Assembly: GCF_964355755.1 (NCBI RefSeq)
Contig: NC_092680.1
Span: 14,331,045 to 14,395,044, forward strand
Reading direction: 5' to 3'
Length of the DNA stretch: 64,000 bases
From: Antedon mediterranea
Lineage: Eukaryota; Animalia; Echinodermata
The notes below the pieces were generated by a model, which saw only the letters and a program-made list of their open reading frames with translations, did no database searches and had not been told where the DNA came from. The stretch's first letter is position 1. Each line of letters begins with the position of its first letter. Shown here piece by piece: positions 1 through 12,400 of this stretch. Both the position numbers and the translations under genes were made by a program.

Positions 1-276
1 CCTTTTATTAGTGTATATCTTTAAAATTCAGGAAAGTGATATCAAGAAATAGTTACTGTCATTTCAATTATTAATTTAGATAATTCTGACAGTATGTTTA
101 TTGATGTTGAACAATGAAGAAAATATGTAGTAATTTGAGAAATATATATAATATTTAAAATAAAAATATAAAAGAAATAATTTTTAAGAACACAAATATT
201 TGCAAGGTATGTATGAGACTTTACTATAAATTTTATTGCTGTACTAACAAATTTCAATTCAATTTTTGTTTTGTAG

Positions 277-413
277 GTACCTGCTGGATTTACTTGTATA
301 GAAACCACACCTACAGGTTTCCCAGCAGACCTCAGTCATGGCTGCATCGGCAGTCCGAACATTTATCTCTGCATCAAAAGAGGATTTGACAAACCTCCAC
401 TCACTGATATTGG
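277..413 (+). CDS. DENND4: DENND4 exon (MABP)
   Basis: ttgtag|[19 protein letters not shown]...KPPLTDIG|gtagg. Confidence 0.92.
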
Positions 414-3400
414 GTAGGTTATGCAAACCTATAAATTACTCAAATTACAGTTGAAAGACTTGAAATTTATTTACACAATCACTACAACCCACACCTGGCA
501 ACCATACTATTTATGTGGTACAACTATCAAGATTTATCTTTCATAACCCCTAATGGTTTAGGCAGTTATTTCTACTACAAATTCTCACAGATTTTATATA
601 CAGAGAACGTATGTTTTTTTGTTATACACATTTTTGCTACAGCATTGAACGCATCCATAAACATAGTTTAGTGCATCAAAATGACTAGACTGTTCCTATG
701 TAAACTATTGCAGGTGTCTTTTATAGTTTTAGACCTTGTTATTTTGTCCCTTGTAAATTTGGGTTCATATTTCTGTTGTGAAAAACATTTGGTATGAAAA
801 TTATCTTCCAATAAATAATTTAAATGTTTGATCTCACTTTTTCCATTTAGAATTTTATATGAAGGAAAGGAACGTGTAATGAATGGATGTGAAATAATCA
901 GCACGACACCTACTGGTCACCCAGCAAATGTAAACAATAGTCGTATAGGCGTCGGAGGCCAGCGTGCTTATATTACATATAGAAGGGCGCACACTACATC
1001 GCCACAAAATGCTCTAGCAGTATATGATATTTGTGTTATCCTTGCAAATAAGGTTTGTTTGTATTGTCATAGGAACTATTATATAACACCTATATAAATT
1101 CCTGTCATTTGATTGGACGAATGTGGGTCACATGGCGTGCAATAGTACGCACTATTCAACGATCGTTAAATAGTACTTTTTGAAACATTTTTGTGTACGA
1201 AAAAAAAACGTCTAGATGTTATATAAAACAAATAATGAATGTTTTGTATTCGTGTAATGGTACAAATAATGGCACTTGGTGAATGATGAAAGGTTATATC
1301 AACTCGGCTTTGCCTCGTTGATATAACCTTTCATCATTCACCTCGTGCCATTATTTGTACCATTGCACTCATAAACATTCATTATTTGTATATTATTCAC
1401 ATAATCACACCATATGATATTCACATAATCACACCATATGATATTCACATAATCACACCATATGATATTCACATAATCACACCATATGATATTCACATAA
1501 TCACACCATATGATATTCACATAATCATACCATATGATATTCACATAATCACACCATATGATATTCACATAATCACACCATATGATATTCACATAATCAC
1601 ACCATATGATATTCACATAATCACACCATATGATATTCACATAATCATACCATATGATATTCACATAATCATACCATATGATATTCACATAATCATACCA
1701 TATGATATTCACATAATCATACCATATGATATTCACAAATCACACCATATGATATTCACATAATCGCACCATATGAATACAAAATACTGTATTACAACAC
1801 ATTTCTATTTGTATTAAAATTCATTGACATGATCTACAATTTACCAATGACTTTGATACAATTTTTACTGTATTTTATCACTTCTTGATATTAATTGTGT
1901 TGTATTTTTTATATTACACCAAAAAAAATGAATTCCTCCCCGAATAAACGCCTCCTCCGAATTAACACCTCCTCCGAGTAAGTGCCCCCTAAAAACCCTC
2001 CTGAACAATAAATGCCCCTGACGGATTTGAATAAATATGGTAAAAAGATCAATGAATTTTATATGTTTACATATTTTTATTAGCTACTTAATATTCTTTA
2101 TTTGAATTTGGTACAAATAATATGTTTATTTTTCATTTATTTAGGGAGAATCACCCCCGCATGCATTTTGTAAAATTAACAAGAATTTAAACAAAGGTGC
2201 AGTGGTTGGATCAGATGTGTACATGTGCTACAAGAAATCGGCTATAAAAAGTGATTCAGTTACGTGTCAAGCAGGTAAAAATTGTGTCAACCTCTTTTTT
2301 TTAGTCGTTGTTAAATATTGGTTTATTGGTTTATAAAACATATAAGCGGTCTTAAAATACAATTTACAAGTTATTACTTAGTTAAGTTGACAATTAGTAA
2401 ATAAGAAACACTACAAACTACACATAAAGTTTCAATAATATATTTTATATACTTCTATTTATATTATATAACATATCTGACTGTATTCTTGCAATTTGAT
2501 TGGTTAATTACGCATCACATATCATTTGGAATTAGCCCCAGCCGAGTTGAAAATAGTCAATTTTTCAACTCATGACAGTCAATGTTTCAACTCGGGGAAA
2601 TATTTTCACCATCCAACTATTAAACTTTCATTATTTGTAAATTATTCAATGATAAAAAATCTGCCATTAACTTGTTCTTTTCTAGAAACATTGAGTCGAT
2701 ATCCATTAGAAGACCATGAATCGTTCAACCTGCCAGATTCTGTGGCAAGGTTTTGCCTACCCATGGGGGCTGTGATTGAATGCTGGGCTAAGGATAGAAT
2801 GCATCCATTACCAGTGTTCTCAACATTCATTCTTACTGATAGCTCTGGTGAAAAGGTATGGTTTAACGCTTATACAACAACTCATGCGAACACACAATAA
2901 TGTATATTGTATAATCTGAATCCACAATTTATATGTCAACCCTTTTATCTGTATACAATTGTTTACGTTAAACCAGTTATTAGATATGTATGTTTGCGAC
3001 GTTTCAATTTGTTGAAAATGCCCTACAAAATAGGACGGATCGCTGCCTAATTTGCCTTACGTTGTTACTTGAATTCAAACTGATTTGATTTTCTGTAGAC
3101 TGACTTAAGCGGCGTAAAAGATCATTTTCGACACGGTTGCATATGCTTATTCGGATCCAACCTGTGGTTATACAATGTTATTTGTGTCGCTACGACATAG
3201 AGTTGGCTCTTAATGGAACCACAACAAAGGCTTGCTATTCTTCTCAATCCAAGTGGAAATTTCAGCAATTGATTGATTTTACCATTTCTTCCTTTAGATA
3301 TATGGTGCTGCTGTTACATTTTATGAAAGTTATCCCGAAGAAAGCCTTACACCTCAACAAGCAGTAGCCTTGAACATAAAGCAAAAGAAAGAAGATGGTT

Positions 3401-6400
3401 ATAGTATCAATACAAATAAGGCTGTCTGTCTACTTTCTCGTTGGCCATTCTTTGATCCATTTAAGAAGTTTCTTTCATTTTTATACCGTTTGTCAATATC
3501 AGGCCCTCATGAAATACCAATTGAAAGGTTAGTTTTAAATGTTTAGAGACAAGAATGTATTAATCCATCTTCCTAATTTTCACCAAATTTTGTAACCAGG
3601 TCCAGTACTATATTGTCAAGAAAAAAATAATTGGAAGATCTCAAATGTTATAATACACCTCTAATCAGGAAATATCTGTATAATAACACAGCTGCTATAA
3701 CTTTTATTCAAGTAATCCGCTGCTTCAATTTTGGATGCAAAATAGATCAGTTATAGACGGCACACAATACAGGTTTATTTTTGATGATGATTCGCCTTGC
3801 ATGACAGCAAATTCTTTACATGTTTACAAAAACCTGATCATTGTTATTATCACCATTATATATATAAAATGGCAAGAGGTGAATGATGAAAGGTTATATT
3901 TCAACGAGGCGAATATAAAACATTCATTCTTTGTTTTATATAACATCTAAATAGATTCCTATCATTTGAATCAGATTGAAAATGAAACAGTAACATTTGG
4001 TTTTTAATAATATATTAAATATTATATTTATATGGATTTTATAAACACACCTACTGTAGTGTTAATTATTTCAACAAACGACCAAATAATCCTAGGCCTA
4101 GCAAGACTATAGCACCTAGGCCTAGCCTAATACTAACAGGTCTAGCCTAATACTAACAGGCCTAATACTAACAGGCCTAGCCAGGTTAGAAAGGCAGTGA
4201 TACCATTACGAAACTTCGACAGACAACTGAAACTCATCTAGGCTAATTCTGTGTTTTCCAACGATTCCACGTCTTGTAGAGATGTTCCCATTATTTAATC
4301 AAAATTATACAAACAGCTAATTAAGCTAATTTAAATGCCTTTTTTGGTCCAAGTGATTTACACAAATATCTTAATTTAATTTCTTTAATTACACAGATAT
4401 ATTGCACACTTTATTCATGAGGTTCCATTTCCAACACCACAGAGACCTAGGATTCTAGTTCCAGTAAGTTTTCTTCTTTTGTTTCAAATAATGTTTTTTT
4501 TGGCGTTTCAGATAAAAGTTTCACAGCGATAACTGGTTAAATGGTGTTCTAAACCTACGTTATTTTCAGGTTGCCGTTTAACCGGTTACTGAAAACTTGT
4601 GCTGTTTCTGCTGTAATGAAATTGAGCTATTTTATGTCCATATATGTATACACTGATCCACTAAAAAGTCTAATATTTGAATTTCTTGAAAATGAATATG
4701 TTTTCTGTATTACAGCTTGCACATGATCAAATGATACTGACGCAGCCTAGGATGACAGCAATACCTCTGAGTGGGGCGTCCTTCTGTGCATTACTTCGAA
4801 ACCTAGGCCCAGATAATTGTATGAATCTATTAGTGTATGTTTTATTAGAACATAAGATGTTACTACATTCTCTGCGACCAGCCTTGCTCACTAGTGTTGC
4901 AGAAGCTGTATCAATGGTAATTAATAACATTATGGTTTTAATTAACTAATCATGTGTTTTAGTATAGTATGTTTCATTATTAATATCCTGTTGCAATTTG
5001 TATTGTTTACCCCCTGATGCTTATTGAAATAATTTACCGTCTTATATAAACATTTCCTTATTTAGTGCTTATGGAGTAAGTAATTCTATGTTTCATAACC
5101 ATAATATCAACTATGTGCCCTATTAGCCTGTTTGGGTGTTCCTAATTTCTAATGCTTGGAAAAGCTTGTTTTACCCATATACTACATTTTATTGAAAAAA
5201 TGTAACTTTTCTGGCAATATACCATTGGTTAAATAGGTCATTTTCAAGTAGTCATGTCGTAATTCACAGTAAAAAGTTAGTTAAATTTTTTTAACCATTG
5301 AAATTTTAAGATATGTATTTTAAAATTTTTTTCCCAGATGATATTTCCATTTCTATGGCAGTGTCCTTATATTCCACTTTGCCCTTTGACCCTGTGTGGT
5401 GTTCTCAGTGCGCCACTTCCGTTCATCGTAGGTGTTGATTCTCGTTATTTTGACAATTATGAAGCACCCTCTGACGTGACTTGTGTTGATATCGATACCA
5501 ACAGTCTGCTGCAGTAAGTCAAATTTAAATATTTGTTTTGCCATGCATGATAATGTTAGTTAAAGACATACTCTCATTCTGATATACTCTCACTCTGATT
5601 CTCTTACTCTAGCTATTAAAAATAAAAAATGTATTACTTTAAATACAATCAAAGTAACTTACTGCAAAAAAGCGGAAAGAATAAAAAGTTTGCAGTCAAT
5701 TTAAGAATCTACAGTGTCTGTAAATCACTCAAGCTTCAAACTGTTACTGTTCATTTGTTAAGAATTATTACTTTGCAGTAGGTCCCTCCCTTTAGGACAC
5801 CACAATTCAGGACGCATCTCTATTAAAGGGACACTTTGCAGTAGGTCCCTCCCTTTAGGACACCACAATTCAGGACGCATCTCTATTAAGGGGACACTTT
5901 GTAGTAGGTCCCTCCCTTTAGGACACCACAATTCAGGACGCATCTCTATTAAGGGGACACTTTGTAGTAGGTCCCTCCCTTTAGGACACCACAATTCAGG
6001 ACGCATCTCTATTAAGGGGACACTTTGCAGTAGGTCCCTTCCTTCAGGACACCACAATTCAGGACGCATCTCTATTAAGGGGACACTTTGTAGTAGGTCC
6101 CTCCCTTTAGGACACCACAATTCAGGACGCATCTCTATTAAGGGGACACTTTGCAGTAGGTCCCTCCCTTTAGGACACCACAATTCAGGACGCATCTCTA
6201 TTAAGGGGACACTTTGCAGTAGGTCCCTCCCTTTAGGACACCACAATTCAGGACGCATCTCTATTAAGGGGACACTTTGTAGTAGGTCCCTCTCTTTAGG
6301 ACACCACAATTCAGGACGCATCTCTATTAAGGGGACACTTTGTAGTAGGTCCCTCCCTTTAGGACACCACAATTCAGGACGCATCTCTATTAAGGGGACA

Positions 6401-9400
6401 CTTTGTAGTAGGTCCCTCCCTTTAGGACACCACAATTCAGGACGCATCTCTATTAAGGGAACACTTTAATAAAGTTCACCAATAAACTAATGTAGTAACA
6501 GCTTAGCCTGTTGTCTGCAATCTGTATACATCCAATCAGATATAAACATACTCAAGTACTAATTTTTCATCTCCCGATATTTTGTATCTGCAGTTCTCCT
6601 AGTAAAACTTCCCCTGGTTTTGTATTTTTGTTTTGATTTGAAAAAAAATATCACGTAATGTATAACATTGATAATTTCTACTAATACTAGGGCCTGGCAT
6701 ACCTATGTTTACTATTATAGATGTCAATTTTTGTAATAAATTCAAATAATAACTTTATTTTTCCAAGATGGGAGGTCTGTTACACATATTACAATGTCAT
6801 TTTCAATGTTTCTTATTTTCTTTAAAAATGAATACATAGTACCTAAACTATCATTGTACTATATGCATCATACTTTCATTTCATTTTTAATTTATAAGTT
6901 TATATACTGTATAAACACAGTTATTTTTATCACAGGAGTGACGACCGAAAAGGACAAAATTGGAAAATGCTTCCAAAGGTTAGAAAACAAATTTTTATTT
7001 GTAATTAATTTGGACTTTTGTAACTCGCATCCTTTAATTCTTCTATTATTTTATCAAACATACTTAGCAAGAATAATTTTAACTTTATTTTATGTCATTT
7101 TTATTATATAATTTGTTATACTTTTTTTAAATAGAAGCTGGCAAGACGTTTACACACAAGGTTGGAAACTTTGTACGTGGAGCTGTGTCAATCCAACGTG
7201 TGGGATGGCGTATCGGATGATCTGGCTGTTGAGATAGCACCCATTGACCTTGATTTTAGTCGCAAAAAGAAACAGGTAAGTCGCTAGATAATTTCTGTAA
7301 AACCTTAAGCTCTGTCTACACTATAAAAATAGTTTGACAAAACAGTGTGATGTGCCCAAACATGGTAGTGATATGATATCATCATCCATATATGGGCACA
7401 TCACATTTTTTGTCACAAGTTTGATAGAGCTTTAGAGTCAGTCAGTGAACTTTAACATGTTGCAAAACCTGTGGAGCACTAAGTTCACCCAAGATCCTAA
7501 GGTTCAAATGAAAATTTATCATTCAATTTTTGCTCTCTATATCACAAAATATAGGATAAAAAAAAAAGTACCAATAGCCAAGTAGTTAAAAAAAACAATA
7601 TAATACAACTTTGGGATATCTCTATACATCTATAATGTAATGAAATAAACATAATTGATTCTACAGGCTCACATGGAATTATGCATCCAAGAGGCATTCC
7701 TTGTTTTCATGGCATCCATGCTGAAGGGGTATCAACAATATCTACTGCCAATCACACAACAACCTAACATGAGGACCAAAGATGCCGCCTCTAGGTTTGA
7801 TGGCCCAGGTAAATTAAAATCATCTTATGCAGTAAAACTAATTTAGCGTTAGGCTTAGGCCTATATAACTTATCTGGTAGGCGCGACCGAATCTACGCAC
7901 AAAATGGAAACGAACGCCCAATAAGCACGGGTTTAATTCTTATTTTTAGCTGTTCGAAAATCATTTAAAATACAATTTATAATTATAATTATAAATTTAA
8001 ATACTAGAATTTAAAAAAAATGTATACCTACGAAAAATAATATTTAATTAAAAGAAACAATACTCACACAATATATATTTAAAAAATTTAAACTGGGTTA
8101 AAAAAAGTATGGTTCAAAAGTTATCATTTAAAGACACTTTTTGGGCCATATCTAAAAAAGTGTTTGAGGACCCCCCAAAAGATAGTCTTGTGCAACTCTG
8201 TGGTATCTATGGGTTTGGCAAAAAAAAGAACATAAACAAGAAATATTTCTTACAAAAAACGCTGCTCGCTTATTGAAAAATATTTTTTATTTTAAATGTT
8301 TTTGAATGTGTCATTTTATTGTCACATAATAGTTATTTTACCTGAAAAAAATGTAATTTAAAGCAACAAATACTTAAATTGTCTGTCAGACAATGGTTTT
8401 TGGGTTTCTTTTCTTTTTTTTATATGTGAATAAATATTATTTTTTTGTTACAGAAGTGAATACTCAATTTCTGTCACTTTAGTTAATTTTATTGCTAAGG
8501 TCAAATCTGGGGGTCACTTCATCACCCTAGATATTTCAATTGTGAAGTATCCTATTACAAACACAAACTTTAATGGACTGTTTCGATAATAATTCAATGA
8601 ATATCTGACAGTGAATATACCAGAAATGCTTAGGGATTTGTAATTTTAGCATGACATGTCCTAATAGACTCTTTCCCAGACGTTTTTTGGGTCTACTGTA
8701 GCAGCTGGAATCAATAAATTATAGTGGAGTTTCCATTTTCACAAAACTGTCTGTCCTTAGAACTATAACTGCTGCTTGCTTTAGCTTCTGATTGAGTATT
8801 CCTAATGGGACGTAGCGGGCTAGAGCAGCAGCGTGAAAAAATAAGAATAAAATTATCTTATTATATTATTATCTAATTCTGCTATACTAAAAACTAAAGA
8901 GAGTACAGTTGACTCCGCCTAAGTCGAATTCGCTTAAGTCAAATGTTTATGAAAGTCTCAATTCTTTCCTATACATTACAGTGTAATTTTTATTTGTAAG
9001 TCGAATTTTTCTAAGTCGAAATTAGGTGGAGTTGACTGTATATATTATGAACTATACACAAAATACAATATATCTATTACTCCATTTTGTCAATCGAAAT
9101 GGGAAACAGAATTTAGAAATATGAACTTTAAGTGGAATGAAATATGGTTAGAAAAAGTATATAGCATGAAACATGTAACAAAAGTAGCACAATTTAATTT
9201 TAAACTGCTACATCGGATTCTGGCATGTAAACAACGAATGAAGATATGGAAAATATCACACTGCCAAAATGAAATTGAGACAGACAAGCACATGCTTTTG
9301 AAATGTAAAAGTATCCAAAAAGTATGGACAAAATTCAATAACATGATTCTAAAATGCTATACACCTGAAGAAACCGTACATGATTGGCTAGACATTGTTA

Positions 9401-12400
9401 TTGGAACAAAAAGTGAAAATGTCAATGAATTATTATCACTGTTTACTTTTTGTATTTATAAAACAAATTTTATTAAATCATTAGAAAAGCATTCAAAAAT
9501 GAGATCAAAAGTCGTCTGGAACTTGTTCCGATATGAGCTAAAAAATCTTATACAGAATCAATATGCTTGTAACATAAACAAGGCAAAAAAGAAGTGGGGT
9601 AACGTAAAAAGAAAATTATTAACTTGTATTTCTTAAAATTACATTTTATTTTAATTTTTATTTATATATATATATTTTATACAATTTCTATATATAACTA
9701 CAATGTGTAATATGAAGAATGAAATAAAAGTGGGTTGGCCCCACAAAAGAGAAAAAAAAACTATACACAAAATACAGTATGATATGGAATATGCATCATT
9801 GCACACGGCTCTGTATCCCGGACAATGTTGCCAGGCTAATGTCAGTACCCCATTTTAAATGGGCGAATTTATATTTTGTAACAATATACCTTCGAGTAAC
9901 ACCTAATGGCCCCCAAAACATTATTTTGAAATGAAAGAATATCAAAAATCCATTTGAGGTTCAGTTTAATAAATGCAAATGAATATAGATAAAACATACA
10001 AATTGGCATCTGTTCTACTTGTTTATTGTACATTTGAGAATTCTCAAGCGGAGCTTAACTCATTAGTCTGGCGTTCACCTCCAGGCTTCAGATAGGGTTA
10101 GATTTAAGCCCAAGGAAGCAAGTGTGTATTGAACTACAGGATGAGAATTTAAGAATTACTAAAAAAAACTCTTGTTTAACAAGAAGATCATCAAGTGATT
10201 CAATTATTACCAAGTTACAAACAAATATCAAAGACAAGCAAGTTGGAAACAAATATAATTAAATTGTGGTATCCCAAACATATCGAGAAACAAAGACAGC
10301 TAGGAGGCCACCGTCAGGAGTGTACTGATCAATAACACTGGAGATATCCATGAACTAACATCATCTTACATTTCTTTTTGTGAGGAACTAACCATTCTCC
10401 AAAAACAGATTAACTTTTTTGTTTTTAACATAGTTGATGTATTTTAACTACAATGTATTAACAAATATTTCCTTATTTTATATAAATTAGACCAATAAAA
10501 GATGAATTTAATTGAATTTTGCAAGGGTATGGCAAACATTTGACCACTTAACTAAGCTCCCTGACGCAAATCTACTTTGAAGTAGTTCCTTTAATTCTCA
10601 GCCTTTATTTCCTTGACACATGAGCCAGAAATAGAAGAATAACTCGCTATGAACGTGTAAACAGATTTTAATATCATGTTGTTGTGTTATTTCTTTTTGA
10701 TAGGTTTTATCAAAAGTAGAGATAAGATGTCACATGCATTTTTTAAGCAATTCATTAAGACCCAGATGTTTATGAGCTTCATTGAGGAACGTTCTTTTGT
10801 GTCTCACAATGATGATATCTTTAACTTCTTTGATGATTGCACAAGGAAGGTGAGGAATAAAATATTACATTCAGATGATATACTGTACATACATTATTAC
10901 AAATTAATTCATTAAATTTCAGTATATCACCAGGTGGTTTAAAATTAATATTCTTTGCCTGTTGTGTTTATATATAAAAGCATCTCTCCGAAGATGCTTA
11001 TGGGTTTTTAAAAGGTGTGTGAGAAGTTAGTGGAAATATAGAAAAATACCATTGTATCCTGTTACACTATATTCTCAAATGTTGTGGATTTTTAACTTTT
11101 AAGAGGTTATTTTTCATAGGTTGATTCTGAAGGTAGAGAAGAAATCAAATTACTTGAAACTGAAGACTCGTCGCTAAACAGTGAGCACACAGTGTTTGTT
11201 GCACCTCCTGAACCTACAGGCAATGAAGATGAAAATGGTTATAGGTAGGTTTCAAAAAATGATAAATTATAAGGTTTATACACTACCTGTCATTACTATT
11301 AATTAGTTAAGTGGCCAAGTGGTAGTGCAGAGGTGCTGCCATAAAATTGGCACAGGTTTGAGGCTCTTGTTTACCATAAGGCCAATTTACACAGATGAGC
11401 GTTAGCAGTAAACGGAATCGGATAGAATCTATGTTATTTTTTTACATTTACCCGCTCAAATTCAAATTATCTTTTATTAATCCTTTCGGAAATTCATTGC
11501 TCATTTTACAAATATATATATAAAAAAATATAATTAATTTGAAACAATAAGATGTGGAAATCTGTGAGAATTAATTACATTTCAGTATATCACTGGGCGG
11601 TTTAGAATTAATGTTCTATGCCTAATTTGTTCATAAAAAAAATATATATAGATACATATTTTATGTGGGGGCAAGCACGCAGATTTTCGCTTACCGTTAA
11701 CACTCCTCTGGGTAAGTAGGCCTTTATGGTGATAGAACTAGTTCAGATAAGAACTAAACACTAAAGGTTCTGGTTCGTGTGCAAACTAGTTAACCCTTTG
11801 AAGAGTACTGGTTTATCTTATGAACAGGCATGAATCATGACGTCATTTGATTGGATGTGTGAAAATATCATTTTCATGGAAGTAAGCATAGATGGTTAAT
11901 TTATTGTTCTAAAATTAAAAGGTTTTATATTTTTTTATTTATGTATGAATGCATATTTGTCTATTTATCGTCGATTATTATCGTCCTAGTGTAAATTGGC
12001 CTTTACAGTATTTTTTTTCTCTGGTTAATTTTTTAAATTAACATTTTGTCCTTAAATCCTCTGAAAACGCTATGTTATTTTGGTCTTTTCAAATTTTAAA
12101 CTAGATTTTCTGCTATATCCATTAATTTCTTTAAAGTTGATTTGCAAAAAGACTATAATAATATTTCAGCATTTTATTTCATATTTACTAATAACATAAT
12201 TTGTTTTATTTTACAGCTACAATGTTTTTCCAAGGTTAAACAGTGATTGTTACAACACATCTTCTGCAACACCACTCAAGCGTGGTAGAAGCACCAAAAG
12301 CATTCCAACAAGTCCAGTACCACGACGAACTAAACAAGAAATAAAGAGTTCTTTAGAATTGGCAAAGAAACAGGCATCATCACCAGAAGAATGGGCAAAG

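Noticed and set aside
1338-1763. ORFs with 8-aa periodic repeats on both strands
   Set aside because: Translation artefacts of the 24-bp minisatellite in a DENND4 intron
5758-6447. 229-aa repetitive ORF or CRISPR-like array
   Set aside because: 63-bp head-to-tail repeat with no unique spacers and no cas genes, in a eukaryotic intron
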